Part shown: one piece after another, positions 1 to 10,233 of the stretch
Position numbering within the stretch: position 1 is the stretch's first letter
Layout: every line of letters starts with the position of its first letter
Assembly: GCA_902784545.1 (NCBI GenBank)
Contig: CACZVC010000001.1
Location: forward strand, 1 to 42,391
Reading direction: 5' to 3'
From: an uncultured Ruminococcus sp.
GTDB taxonomy: Bacteria; Bacillota; Clostridia; Oscillospirales; CAG-272
Length of the DNA: 42,391 nt
Notes under the pieces: model-generated
Database searches by the model: none
Seen by the model: only the letters and a program-made list of their open reading frames with translations
What the model was told of the DNA's origin: nothing
Translations under genes and position numbers: made by a program

Positions 1-28
1 CTTTATAATACGCGATACCTTTAAAAAT

Positions 29-712
29 TTATCCAACCTCATTTATTTTTTCCTCTATGGTCTTATATAACGCCTCCTCGGCGTTTATCCCGGTTTTATC
101 GGCTCTTGCGCAGACGGTAAACAAAAGCTCGCCCAGATCGCTCATGCTTCCGGTGTTTTCGAACGCTTCGAGCTTATCCCCGAGCGTTTCGTTTTCGCAC
201 GGTACGGGCTTTTCAGCCTTGCGGAGCTTATTTGAGATCTTCTGACCTCTGTAAAGCGACGGCAACGCGCGGCTTACTCCCGATAGCTCCTGTTTTTCCG
301 TTTTCTGTCCCTTTGTCTGTTTTTTTATCTCGTTCCAGTTATCAAGCACCTTTTCGGACGAATCGACGTTTTTGTATTTTTCGTCCGTTGAAAAAACGTG
401 CGGATGGCGGATTATAAGTTTTTTGCAAAGATCCGTTATCACGTCGCCGACGGTAAAATCGCCGTCAGCCTCGCTTATGTCGGCGTGAAACACCACCTGC
501 AGAAGCACGTCGCCGAGCTCCTCGCGCAGTATCACGGGATCGTTTTTGTCTATTCCCTCCACCGCCTCATACGCTTCTTCTATAAAGTCGTTCCTTATCG
601 ATTGATGAGTCTGTTCGATGTCCCACGGACAGCCGCCCGGAGAGCGCAGTATCCTCATTATTCTGCAAAGATCCGAAAAATCGTATTTTTCCTTTATTTC
701 GTATTCCGTCAT
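29..712 (-). CDS. mazG: MazG-family nucleoside triphosphate pyrophosphohydrolase
   Basis: 227-aa ORF with RILRSPGGCPWDIEQTHQSI, FIEEAYEAVE and REELGDVLLQVVFHA motifs typical of MazG. AAAGGA SD upstream of ATG 712. It follows a MOP flippase, as yabM-yabN do in Bacillus subtilis. Confidence 0.9.
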   Translation of the reverse strand: MTEYEIKEKYDFSDLCRIMRILRSPGGCPWDIEQTHQSIRNDFIEEAYEAVEGIDKNDPVILREELGDVLLQVVFHADISEADGDFTVGDVITDLCKKLIIRHPHVFSTDEKYKNVDSSEKVLDNWNEIKKQTKGQKTEKQELSGVSRALPSLYRGQKISNKLRKAEKPVPCENETLGDKLEAFENTGSMSDLGELLFTVCARADKTGINAEEALYKTIEEKINEVG

Positions 713-2264
713 TTTTATTATCCTTTGTTTTTATTATATTATTCTTTATTATATAGGTCAAACCTGACGGTTTGAGTTTTTCGAAAGTAAATACGGCAAG
801 CAAATATAACGCGGCGGCGGCAAAAACAGTTACGACGGTCGCGGCTTTGTCAGGCATATACGGCGATATAAGCGGATAAACGAAGTAAGCTGTCACGCCG
901 CACAGCGCGGAACACAACGCCGGGCGTATGAAAACCGACGCGGCTTTTTTCGGTCGGTACGGCTTTCTTATAAAAACCGTATTCAAAACTACCGCCGTAA
1001 GATAGCATAAACACGTCGCGAGAGGCACAGCGAGTCTGCCGACGGTTTTAAAAAGTATAAACATTGATAAGAGTTTAAGCAAAACGCCGGACGCCATGGA
1101 AATTACGGGATAAGACGGTTTTCCGGCGGCCTGGAGCGCCGTGTCCGTGACAGCCAGAAGCGCGGACAGCGTGACGGACAAAGACAGAGCCGAAAGCATC
1201 GGCGCGGCGAGTACAGCGGACCGGTACGGAAACAAAAGCGACAGCAGTTGTTCTGACAAAACTCCCATACCGACGGCGCACGGCGCGCTGATAAATAACG
1301 AGTATCTTATAACGTCAAGATAAGTCCGCGACGCTTTTCTTATATCGTTTTTACATATATAAGCCGATAAAACGGGCAGTACGGCGCTTGTAACGGGATA
1401 AATGAATATAAGCGGCAAATTTGAAAACGACAGACAAAGCGTTGAATAATTACCGAATATCTCCGTCGCCTGCTGTTCGGTATATCCTGTTGAAATAAGT
1501 CCCGCCGGCGCGATGAACGCATCCGTGACGGACGAAAGATTCATAACGGACGATGTGAGAGCGACCGGAAGCGCGGTCTTTAAAAGCGGCGATAAGACCT
1601 TTTCATCCGATACTTCTTTATACCGTTTATAAAACAGCTTTACCGTAAGGCAGAAGATCGCGGATAAGAGGGATCCCGCGGTTATTGCCGCTATCGCGCA
1701 AGCCGATGTGACATACAGCTCGCAGCCGTTATTTACCGAGGCGAAGGCGAAAATGATACCGAAAACAGTTTTCCCCAAGCCCTCTATCATAAGCGACGCG
1801 GCTGTCACCCACATAACGCCGTGACCCTGATAATAGCCGCGGACGGACGACGACGCGCACGACAGAAATACTGACGGAGCTATCGCGTAAATACAGAGAT
1901 ACGAGTTTTCAATGCCGGAAATCGCCGCAAACCGTCTGCCGAAAATTATCATCAGCGCCGAGCAGATAAGACCCACGGAGGAAAAAACGGATAACGAAAC
2001 TCTGAATATCTTTTCCGTCAAGCCGTATTTGCGCTCCGTTACTGCGCGCGCCACGAGAATTGATACGGCTATCGGCAAGCCAGAGGTCGACACGAGAAAG
2101 AACCAGGTGTATATGCCGTACGCGACGTTGAAATATCCCATACCCATATCGCCTATCAGTCTTTGAAGCGGTATTTTATATATGACGCCCGTTATCTTTA
2201 CCGTTAAATTCGCCGCAAAAAGCACGGCGGCGCCGGAGATAATATTCCTTTTTGACATTTGCAC
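567..2264 (-). CDS. MOP-superfamily flippase (SpoVB/YabM-like polysaccharide biosynthesis protein, putative lipid-linked precursor flippase)
   Basis: 565-aa ORF with many hydrophobic helices. The N-terminus AAVLFAANLTVKITGVIYKIPLQRLIGDMGMGYFNVAY is typical of SpoVB/MurJ-type exporters. GGGAGGTG SD before ATG 2264. The 3' end overlaps mazG by 146 nt. Confidence 0.8.
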   Translation of the reverse strand: MQMSKRNIISGAAVLFAANLTVKITGVIYKIPLQRLIGDMGMGYFNVAYGIYTWFFLVSTSGLPIAVSILVARAVTERKYGLTEKIFRVSLSVFSSVGLICSALMIIFGRRFAAISGIENSYLCIYAIAPSVFLSCASSSVRGYYQGHGVMWVTAASLMIEGLGKTVFGIIFAFASVNNGCELYVTSACAIAAITAGSLLSAIFCLTVKLFYKRYKEVSDEKVLSPLLKTALPVALTSSVMNLSSVTDAFIAPAGLISTGYTEQQATEIFGNYSTLCLSFSNLPLIFIYPVTSAVLPVLSAYICKNDIRKASRTYLDVIRYSLFISAPCAVGMGVLSEQLLSLLFPYRSAVLAAPMLSALSLSVTLSALLAVTDTALQAAGKPSYPVISMASGVLLKLLSMFILFKTVGRLAVPLATCLCYLTAVVLNTVFIRKPYRPKKAASVFIRPALCSALCGVTAYFVYPLISPYMPDKAATVVTVFAAAALYLLAVFTFEKLKPSGLTYIIKNNIIKTKDNKNDGIRNKGKIRFFGSLQNNEDTALSGRLSVGHRTDSSIDKERLYRRSV

Positions 2265-2306
2265 ACCTCCCGGATAATTCTATTCGGGCGGCGGCTTTGT
2301 TATACT

Positions 2307-3779
2307 TTAATCGAAAAACGCGTGAGCCTTTTCACTCAGTTTTTTATATTCCTCTTCTCTGTTCTGCGCCAGATATTCATAAGGATATTTCGGATTGAAT
2401 ACGCGCTCTATGAATTCGCCTTTATCGCGCGTGAATTTCGTAACGGCTCCCGCGCCGACGGCGAAGATGGTATGTACCTCCTCCATCATCAGAATGTTGT
2501 AAATACATTCCGTTCCTTTTTTGCAGAAACCCACGTTTTCGAGATTCCCGGCGGAATTTTTCTGACGGTACATATAATAAGGGATATATCCCGCGTTTTT
2601 TGTGATTATCTGCGTGTAGTCCACGCATTTTGCAAGATCTCTGTAATCATCGGTAAAAACGTTCGAGCCGGCTACGGTCAACTCCGAGCTTTTTTTGGCG
2701 GCGAACGTATGGGCTGTGATATTGTCCGGCGCAAGCTCGACGATTTTTTCTATGGTCGACGAATACGTGCCGAAATTATCCCCCGGCAAACCTATTATCA
2801 GATCGGTGTTGATATGATTGATGCCGGAAGCGGCGGCGAGCTCGTACGCGTCGTAAAACTGCTTTACGGTGTGCTTTCTGCCAACGTTTTCAAGCACGGC
2901 GTCGCAAAGCGACTGCGGATTGACCGATACGCGCGTTACGTTGTGGTCACGGCAGATACGGAGCTTTTCCGCGTTTATCGTGTCGGCTCTGCCGGCTTCG
3001 TACGTATATTCCTGCAAAGCCTTTGTATCGAAGCACGAATCGACGAGCGATAACAGATCCTCAAGCTGTTTTTCATCAAGCGTCGAGGGCGTTCCTCCGC
3101 CGACGTATATCGTTGATAAATTCATACCGAGCTCTTTTATCAAAGCCGCGGTATGCCTGATTTCCTCTTTCATCGCCGACAGATATTCCGGGATGAGAGA
3201 TAAAAGTTTTTTTGTCGTATAGCTTACAAACGAGCAGTAGGCGCAGCGCGACGGACAGAACGGTATGGATATATATAACGAACAGTCTTTATCGGTATAG
3301 TTTTTTATTATTTTGCTTTCAAATCTCGCTATATCCGCGGCTAAAATAGCCTTTTTCGGGTATAAGAGATAATCGGCTCTCAACGATTTTACTACCTGCT
3401 CCTTCGTCATACCCTCGCTTATGCGGTCTATGGCGAGCTTTGTTGGCCTTACGCCGGTAAGGATGCCCCACGGCGGATTGTATTTGCAGAATTCGCACAG
3501 AGCGAAAAACAGCGCTTTGCTTGCCGCTGTGCTGACCGTGTTTTTTCTCGGCTCCGCCGCGCAAAACGCTTCGGAATGGTATTTTAAAACGGTGCGCTCG
3601 CCCATCGTTACGGACGCCTCAGCGTACGCGGTGCTGTCGTCCTCGGATACCTTGACTATCGCGACGGGAGTATCCGTTGTTATCGTCTCCGTGTTTGAAA
3701 ATTTAGCACGCGGAAAAAACAGCATACAAAGCGTTTGTAAATAATAGCTGTTTATATTTCCTTCTGTTATCAGCTTCAT
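2307..3779 (-). CDS. hemZ: Radical SAM HemN-like protein, HemZ type (coproporphyrinogen dehydrogenase family)
   Basis: 490-aa ORF with radical-SAM CxxxCxxC (CPSRCAYCSF) and a HemN-like YVGGGTPSTL motif. It has a long N-terminal extension as in HemZ. Its start is 1 nt after the dtd stop. Confidence 0.8.
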   Translation of the reverse strand: MKLITEGNINSYYLQTLCMLFFPRAKFSNTETITTDTPVAIVKVSEDDSTAYAEASVTMGERTVLKYHSEAFCAAEPRKNTVSTAASKALFFALCEFCKYNPPWGILTGVRPTKLAIDRISEGMTKEQVVKSLRADYLLYPKKAILAADIARFESKIIKNYTDKDCSLYISIPFCPSRCAYCSFVSYTTKKLLSLIPEYLSAMKEEIRHTAALIKELGMNLSTIYVGGGTPSTLDEKQLEDLLSLVDSCFDTKALQEYTYEAGRADTINAEKLRICRDHNVTRVSVNPQSLCDAVLENVGRKHTVKQFYDAYELAAASGINHINTDLIIGLPGDNFGTYSSTIEKIVELAPDNITAHTFAAKKSSELTVAGSNVFTDDYRDLAKCVDYTQIITKNAGYIPYYMYRQKNSAGNLENVGFCKKGTECIYNILMMEEVHTIFAVGAGAVTKFTRDKGEFIERVFNPKYPYEYLAQNREEEYKKLSEKAHAFFD

Positions 3780-3780
3780 A

Positions 3781-4239
3781 TCATTTTTTCTTTTTAAGAT
3801 CGTTCGTATCGAGTAATACGGTAAACGGACCGTCGTTTATAAGCGATACGTCCATATGCTCGCCGAATATGCCCTTTTCGGCGTGTATTCCGCAGTTTAT
3901 TATCTCTTGTACGAACTTTTCGTAATATTCGTTCGCGGTCTGAGGCGGCGCCGCCTGCAAAAAGTCCGGACGGTTTCCGTGGCGGCAGTCCGCGGCGAGC
4001 GTGAACTGTGAGATTATAAGCATTTCACCCGATACGTCCGTTATGCTTTTGTTGATTTTCCCGTTTTCGTCCTCAAAAATACGCAGCTTCGATATTTTTG
4101 CCGATAGGACGTTTATATCCTCTTCGGTATCGCCCTGCATTACGCATAAAAGGACGAGAAAGCCTTTGCCGCATTTTCCGACGGTTTCGCCGTTGACCTT
4201 GACGGAGGCGTTTTGTACTCTCTGTATAACGGCTTTCAT
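3781..4239 (-). CDS. dtd: D-aminoacyl-tRNA deacylase
   Basis: 152-aa ORF with full-length resemblance to Dtd (MKAVIQRV...; SQFTLAADCRHGNRPDF). Its ATG shares one nucleotide with the rel stop (TGATG). Confidence 0.95.
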   Translation of the reverse strand: MKAVIQRVQNASVKVNGETVGKCGKGFLVLLCVMQGDTEEDINVLSAKISKLRIFEDENGKINKSITDVSGEMLIISQFTLAADCRHGNRPDFLQAAPPQTANEYYEKFVQEIINCGIHAEKGIFGEHMDVSLINDGPFTVLLDTNDLKKKK

Positions 4240-6485
4240 CAGCTTCTGTAAACCTCCTCAACGCATCTTACCGAGCGCAGTCTCGATATTATCGTATCGA
4301 GGTGGCTCGTGTTGCTGCACGCGACGGTAACGTAAACTATCGTTTCGTTTCCCGGATTCTGCTGCATATTCATACCGAGAAGATTTACGCGCATATCGGC
4401 GAGAGTAGACGCGATATCCGCGATAACGGACATCGACGATTTGCAAACCGCGCGGAGCTGGGCTTCGAAGCCGGTAGACGGATAGACGGTCTCTCTGTCC
4501 CATTCGGCGGAAACGAGGCGTGATCTGCTTTCGTCATTTTTCTGAAGCGAAAGCACGTTCTGACAGTCGCATCTGTGAATCGACACGCCGAAGCCTTTTG
4601 TAACGAAGCCGATAATGCTGTCGCCCGGTATCGGGTTGCAGCATTTTGCGAATTTGACGACGACTCCGTCGATACCGTCGATGATAACGCCGTTTTCGCT
4701 CTTTTTATGCTTCGCCTTGTTCTGTTCGGTTATCTCCTCGACCGTCTTCGGTTTTTCATCCTTCTGCTCCGGACGTATCAGCTTATCGAATTCCTCGCGG
4801 AGCTTTGCGGACATTTTCGTAACGCTCAAACCGCCGTAGCCTATGGCGTTATAAGCGTCGTCCGCGTCTGTATAGCCCATACGGTGAGCGACGTTCGATA
4901 CGATCTCGTTCCTCTGCGATTCGGTGAACGGCGAGCCGTATTTTTTCAGCTCTCTGTCTATCTCCGTCTTGCCGACGACAATGTTTTCGCTTCTCTGCTC
5001 CTTTTTGAACCACTGGCGGATCTTGTTCCGCGCCATGCTCGTTTTGACTATGTTCAGCCAGTCGCGGCTCGGTCCCTTTGACGACTGCGTGGTAAGTATC
5101 TCCACTATCTCGCCGCTTACGAGTACGTGGTCTATCGGCACTATCATTCCGTTTACCTTTGCGCCGACCATTTTGTTGCCGACCTCGGAGTGTATTGCGT
5201 AGGCGAAGTCTATAACGGTCGAGCCCTGCGGGAGCGAGCGCACCTCGCCCTTCGGCGTGAATGTGAAGACTTCCTCCTGGAATATGTCAATTTTCAGAGC
5301 GTTCAGAAATTCATCCGGGTCGCGCGTGTCCTTTTCAGCCTCGACGATCTCCGATATCCAGCGCAGACGCTGGTCGATATCCGTGCCGGCGGTCGCGCCC
5401 GTCTTATATTTCCAGTTGGCGGCGAGACCGTATTCCGCGACGTGATGCATCTCGTACGTTCTTATCTGCACCTCAAACGGGATACCGTCGCGCCCTATGA
5501 CCGTGGTGTGCAGAGAGCGGTAGTTGTTCGGCTTCGGCGTTGAGATATAATCCTTGAATCTGCCCGGCATGGAGTTGAACATCTCGTGTATGAAGCCGAG
5601 CGCGGTATAGCATTCAAGCTCCGTTTCGACAATTACCCTTATGGCGTAAAAATCGTATATCTCGTCAAAGCTCTTGTTGCCGCGGTACATTTTTTTATAA
5701 ATGCTGTAAACGGATTTGACTCTGCCCTCGAGCGTGAATTTCATTCCGTTTTCTTCAAGCTTTTTTCTTATCTGCTCCTTTGCGCGTTCGAGAAAATCCT
5801 TGTTCTGCCCGTAGCGCTTTTTTATATCCTCCTCGACCTCGGCGTAGCCTATGGCATCGAGATACTGCAAAGACAGCTTTTCAAGCTCCTGCTTTATCTT
5901 CTGCATACCGAGACGGTGAGCGAGAGGGGCGTAAACGTACATCGTTTCAAGCGCTATGGTGCGGCGCTTTTCCTCCGGCTTGGCGTTCAGCGTTCTCATA
6001 TTATGCAGTCTGTCGCAGAGCTTTATGAATGTGACGCGCACGTCCTTTGACATCGCAAGGAACATTTTGCGCAGATTTTCAAGATGCGCTTCTTCCTTGT
6101 CTTCAAACTGGAAAGCGGCGAGCTTTGTAAGACCGTCGACAAGCTCGGCGACGTTTACGCCGAACTTTTTCTGTATAATCGACAGATTCGTTTTGTCGGC
6201 GCAGTCCTCTACCGTGTCGTGAAGCAAAGCCGCGCAGACGGAGTCCGTGTCGAGCTCAAGCTCGGCGACGATCTTCGCCACGGCTATCGGGTGAGAAATA
6301 TATTTGTCCCCGCTCAGCCTGAACTGTCCATCGTGAAGCTCAGCGGCGTATTCGTAAGCGCGCTTTATCTTTTCAAAATCGTAATGCTTGCCGGTATTTA
6401 TAAGTATGGTAAACAACCCGCGCGCTTCCTCGGGATAAATATTAAGATCTCTGTAATCTACAACGTCCGTTTTGTCCTCTTCCAT
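4239..6485 (-). CDS. relA: Bifunctional (p)ppGpp synthetase/hydrolase (RelA/SpoT homologue)
   Basis: 748-aa ORF with an HD hydrolase motif (LLHDTVEDC) and a synthetase motif (RFKDYISTPKPNNYRSLHTTV). TGS and C-terminal ACT-like regions are present. Confidence 0.95.
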   Translation of the reverse strand: MEEDKTDVVDYRDLNIYPEEARGLFTILINTGKHYDFEKIKRAYEYAAELHDGQFRLSGDKYISHPIAVAKIVAELELDTDSVCAALLHDTVEDCADKTNLSIIQKKFGVNVAELVDGLTKLAAFQFEDKEEAHLENLRKMFLAMSKDVRVTFIKLCDRLHNMRTLNAKPEEKRRTIALETMYVYAPLAHRLGMQKIKQELEKLSLQYLDAIGYAEVEEDIKKRYGQNKDFLERAKEQIRKKLEENGMKFTLEGRVKSVYSIYKKMYRGNKSFDEIYDFYAIRVIVETELECYTALGFIHEMFNSMPGRFKDYISTPKPNNYRSLHTTVIGRDGIPFEVQIRTYEMHHVAEYGLAANWKYKTGATAGTDIDQRLRWISEIVEAEKDTRDPDEFLNALKIDIFQEEVFTFTPKGEVRSLPQGSTVIDFAYAIHSEVGNKMVGAKVNGMIVPIDHVLVSGEIVEILTTQSSKGPSRDWLNIVKTSMARNKIRQWFKKEQRSENIVVGKTEIDRELKKYGSPFTESQRNEIVSNVAHRMGYTDADDAYNAIGYGGLSVTKMSAKLREEFDKLIRPEQKDEKPKTVEEITEQNKAKHKKSENGVIIDGIDGVVVKFAKCCNPIPGDSIIGFVTKGFGVSIHRCDCQNVLSLQKNDESRSRLVSAEWDRETVYPSTGFEAQLRAVCKSSMSVIADIASTLADMRVNLLGMNMQQNPGNETIVYVTVACSNTSHLDTIISRLRSVRCVEEVYRS

Positions 6486-6495
6486 CTTTTCCCCT

Positions 6496-8628
6496 TTATA
6501 CCGCCGTATGCAGTCTGCTGAAAAGCTTTGAATCCGTAAGCTGTTTCTTTTCCGCCGGTTTGTTCAACGTAATATCAAAATCTATACCGTTATCGGTTTT
6601 ATATTCAAGAAGTCCGAGTTCGCTGAAAATATCGAGTATCAGCCTTGCTTTTATATAGCAGATGCCGCGTATTTCCGTTTTGAGCGTTTTATGCAGATTA
6701 AAAGGCGCGTTATCGTTTTCGGTATGCTTTTTGATCAGCTTGAACAGCTCGGCGCAGTCGGCTCTTTCCGGTATATGCTCCGTTTGCGGCAGGATGATAT
6801 CGTCTTTTATGTATTCGTACACGTTTATTTCATCGTTATAGCCCGATATGAATTCGTCGCCGTAACGCATATCGCGTATAAATATCTGCGTCGTTACCGT
6901 GCCTCTGAATTCGTTTTCCGAAACGTTGAAAAGTATATCGACCGTGTCCGTCGGCAGATACGGAAAGCTTTTAGCGCTCATGCCGAAATACATTCCAACG
7001 ACGTTTTTTCCGTCCTTTGTGAAACATACGCGAACGTGCTTTCCTTCCTTCAACGGGATTATTTCCGTTATTTTCAAGCCCGTCATAAGAAACGCGGGGA
7101 CGGGGTTGCCCTCGCCGAACGGCTCCAGTTTTGAAAGATCGTCGACGAGCGCGTGGGTTACGTCGTCCGGGGCAAGCTCCGCGTCGTAATACGTTTCTCT
7201 TACGAGCATTTCATCGCTTATATGCTCTTTTGCGTATTCGCATATTTCGGTTTTGAAGGCTTCGTATTCGCTCCGTTTGAGGGACAGTCCCGCCGCGAGA
7301 GTGTGACCGCCGAATTTTATAAGCCTGTCCGAGCACGCTGTTATCGCCGATAAAAGATCGAAGCCCGCGATGCTCCTTCCGGAGCCTTTTCCGTCGTTTT
7401 CGCTGCCGTCGAACGATATCAGTATGCTCGGCAGATTGTATTTCTCCGTTATCCTCGACGATACGATGCCTATAACGCCGTGGTGCCAGCTGTCGGAGCT
7501 TAAAACTATCATTCTTTCATCGTGTATGCTGCCGGCTTTCGCTATCTGCTCCTCCGCCTCAGACACGATCTCAAGCTCGATCTTCTGCCTTTCCTTGTTC
7601 TGCTCGCACAGCCACGCCGCAAGCTCTTCGGCTTTTTCGTCGCTTTCGGTCAAAAACATTTCAACGGCTTTTGAGGCGGAGCCGAGTCTGCCGGCGGCGT
7701 TTATGCGCGGCGCAAGAACGAAACCGACGTTTGTTGAGGTTATCTTTTTCGCGCCGTTCTCCTCCGAAACAAGGTCCGTGACCTTCAAAAGCGCCGCAAG
7801 CCCCTTGTTTTTCGTCTTTTTCATCCTGTTGAGACCGTATGCGATTATAAGTCTGTTTTCGTCGACTACCGGCATAACGTCGGCGATAGTGCCGAGCGCG
7901 GTTATATCACCGTAATTCTTGTACGTTTCGCGCAGAGCGTCGAAAATGATTTCTCTGTCATCCTTCGTGTATTCCGTTTCGCCCGTCGCCATATAGCAGT
8001 TATACGCGCAGATGAGCTTGAAAGCCACGCCGACGCCCGCCAGATCGCGGAACGGATAAACGCAGTCCTCACGCTTCGGATCGACGATCGCGACCGCGTC
8101 GGGCAGCTCGGGACGGCAGACGTGATGGTCTGTTATGATAAAATCCATACCGAGCTCTTTGCCGAGCCTTACCTCGTCTACCGCGGTTATACCGGTGTCG
8201 ACGGTGACGACAAGCGATATCCCCTTGTCCTTGAAGCTCTTTACCGCCTCGGCGTTTACGCCGTAGCCCTCTGTCAGTCTTTCCGGTATGTGATACGACA
8301 CGTTGAGCCCGAGTCCGCGGAAAAACGTTACGAGGATGCTCGTTCCCGTTATACCGTCCACGTCGTAGTCGCCGTATACCATGACTTTTTCGTTTTTCGC
8401 CTCGGCTTCTACGATACGCAGAACAGCCTTTTTCATATCTGGCAGTAAAAACGGGTCGTACATCGCCGCGTTTTCTTTATTTATAAAGCTCAAAGCGCTT
8501 TTTTTATCGTGACAGCCGCGCTCCGTAAGAAGCTTTGCCGTCACGGGCAGGATCGACAGCGCCTCGGCTATTTCATCAGCCGCGTCGCCGTCGTATTCCC
8601 TTAACGTCCATTTTTTTATTGATAGCAT
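6496..8628 (-). CDS. recJ: Single-stranded-DNA-specific exonuclease RecJ
   Basis: 710-aa ORF with DHH-family motifs (VYGDYDVDGITG, VVTVDTG, IITDHH) and a DHHA1 region (GGHTLAAG). Confidence 0.93.
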   Translation of the reverse strand: MLSIKKWTLREYDGDAADEIAEALSILPVTAKLLTERGCHDKKSALSFINKENAAMYDPFLLPDMKKAVLRIVEAEAKNEKVMVYGDYDVDGITGTSILVTFFRGLGLNVSYHIPERLTEGYGVNAEAVKSFKDKGISLVVTVDTGITAVDEVRLGKELGMDFIITDHHVCRPELPDAVAIVDPKREDCVYPFRDLAGVGVAFKLICAYNCYMATGETEYTKDDREIIFDALRETYKNYGDITALGTIADVMPVVDENRLIIAYGLNRMKKTKNKGLAALLKVTDLVSEENGAKKITSTNVGFVLAPRINAAGRLGSASKAVEMFLTESDEKAEELAAWLCEQNKERQKIELEIVSEAEEQIAKAGSIHDERMIVLSSDSWHHGVIGIVSSRITEKYNLPSILISFDGSENDGKGSGRSIAGFDLLSAITACSDRLIKFGGHTLAAGLSLKRSEYEAFKTEICEYAKEHISDEMLVRETYYDAELAPDDVTHALVDDLSKLEPFGEGNPVPAFLMTGLKITEIIPLKEGKHVRVCFTKDGKNVVGMYFGMSAKSFPYLPTDTVDILFNVSENEFRGTVTTQIFIRDMRYGDEFISGYNDEINVYEYIKDDIILPQTEHIPERADCAELFKLIKKHTENDNAPFNLHKTLKTEIRGICYIKARLILDIFSELGLLEYKTDNGIDFDITLNKPAEKKQLTDSKLFSRLHTAV

Positions 8629-8640
8629 TTTTATATCCGT

Positions 8641-10233
8641 TTATTTGTCAGGGCTGAACCTTGACATTATTTTTACAGCCGTGTTTATTCCGTCCGCGGC
8701 GGCGCTCGTGATGCCGCCGGCGTAGCCCGCGCCCTCGCCGCAGGGGTACAGCGACGGAATACTGTCCGAATACCTTTCGGCGTTTCTCAGAATACGAAGC
8801 GGCGCGGAGGTGCGCGTTTCCGGCGCCGTCAGAACGGCGGACGGGTTTTTGAAGCCTTTTATTTTTTTGTCGAACTCATAAAGTCCTGTTTTTAACATAT
8901 CCGATATAAATCCCGGCAGGACCGCGCTTATATCGTGCATGACCGTACCCGGCTCGTACGTCGGTACAATATCGGCAAGAACGTTTTTATCACCGTTTAA
9001 AAAGCTGCCGACCGTCTGACACGGCGCGTAAAAACCGCCTGATACGCCGTACGCGGCGCGCTCTATCCCTCGCTGAAAATCTATACCTGAGAGAAGATCG
9101 TCCGGAAGATCGGAGGGCAGTACGGACACGGCGAGCGCGCTGTTCGCGTTTTTGCCGTCCCGGCCGTGATAGCTCATACCGTTCGTAACGATACCGTCTT
9201 TCTCTGTCGCGGCGCATATGACTTTGCCGCCCGGACACATACAAAAGCTGTAAACGCCGCGCTCAAAGCCGTTATGCACGGTCCTGTAACTCAGATTATA
9301 TTCCGCGTGCGGCAGATATCCGGCGTATTTTTCATACGCTTCGCCGTACATCGAAAAGTCGATGTCCTCCTGTAAATGCTCTATGCGGCATCCAACGGAA
9401 AACGGCTTTTTTTCCATTATCACGCCGTTATCATAAAGCATTTTATACGTATCTCTCGCGCTGTGACCCGTCGCAAGTATCGCGGCGTCGAAATATTCCT
9501 CGCCGTCCGGGGTTTTAAGCGTCACTCCGTCTCCGCTTTGCTTTACGTCTGTTACCGCGGTCCTGAAACGGATATCCGCGCCGTAAGACAAAAGCTTTTC
9601 CGTGATATTAGCTATCATACCGCGCAGTACGTCCGTACCTATGTGAGGGCGCGAGCTTGTCAGGATATCGCTCGGCGCGCCGAATCCGACAAGCCGTTTC
9701 AAAACATATCCGCAAGCCGGATCGTTTATGCGGGTTATTAGCTTTCCGTCCGAAAACGTTCCGGCGCCGCCCGCGCCGAACTGAACGTTCGATTCCGTAT
9801 CGAGCGCGCCGCTTTTAAGGAATCTTTCAACGTCAGCCGCTCTTTCGTTTACTTCCCCGCCGCGCTCGAATACGACTGTTTTGTATCCGTTTTCGGCGAG
9901 CATAAGTGAGCTGAACATACCCGCGGGACCGAAGCCGATAACGGCAATTTTGCCGTTTCTTTTTTCTTTGCCGTATTTTATTTCAAGCTTTTCTTCCCGA
10001 TAGACCTCGGCGCCGCATTTCGCAAGCGATTTTTCGCTTGCGCCGCCGCATTCCGCGATCACGGAATACACGAGCTTTATATCGCTTTTTTTCCGGCTGT
10101 CGACCGAGATACGGCTTATTTCACCGTTTTTTGCGCTGATCCCCGCGCTTTTCAATTTTTTGTACGCCTGATCGACCGCGTAGCTTTGCGGCGCGTCCGG
10201 CGGCAGGGCTATCTGCCTGAGTATCAGCTTCAT
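8641..10233 (-). CDS. FAD-dependent protein of the uncharacterised COG2509 type (NAD(FAD)-utilising dehydrogenase-like)
   Basis: 530-aa ORF with a Rossmann GxGxxG (IAVIGFGPAGMFSSLMLAENGYKTVVFERG) after an N-terminal extension. C-terminal PCGEGAGYAGGI motif. Its ATG shares one nucleotide with the cdaR stop (TAATG). Confidence 0.75.
   Translation of the reverse strand: MKLILRQIALPPDAPQSYAVDQAYKKLKSAGISAKNGEISRISVDSRKKSDIKLVYSVIAECGGASEKSLAKCGAEVYREEKLEIKYGKEKRNGKIAVIGFGPAGMFSSLMLAENGYKTVVFERGGEVNERAADVERFLKSGALDTESNVQFGAGGAGTFSDGKLITRINDPACGYVLKRLVGFGAPSDILTSSRPHIGTDVLRGMIANITEKLLSYGADIRFRTAVTDVKQSGDGVTLKTPDGEEYFDAAILATGHSARDTYKMLYDNGVIMEKKPFSVGCRIEHLQEDIDFSMYGEAYEKYAGYLPHAEYNLSYRTVHNGFERGVYSFCMCPGGKVICAATEKDGIVTNGMSYHGRDGKNANSALAVSVLPSDLPDDLLSGIDFQRGIERAAYGVSGGFYAPCQTVGSFLNGDKNVLADIVPTYEPGTVMHDISAVLPGFISDMLKTGLYEFDKKIKGFKNPSAVLTAPETRTSAPLRILRNAERYSDSIPSLYPCGEGAGYAGGITSAAADGINTAVKIMSRFSPDK

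Noticed and set aside
8990-9244. Short Arg-rich ORFs in the track (for example 8990-9244, 1075-1281, 4073-4261, 33231-33491) that superficially resemble basic nucleic-acid-binding peptides.
   Set aside because: All are alternative frames nested inside strongly supported genes on the same strand. Their Arg richness comes from CGN/GCG-rich out-of-frame reading, and none has an independent start context.
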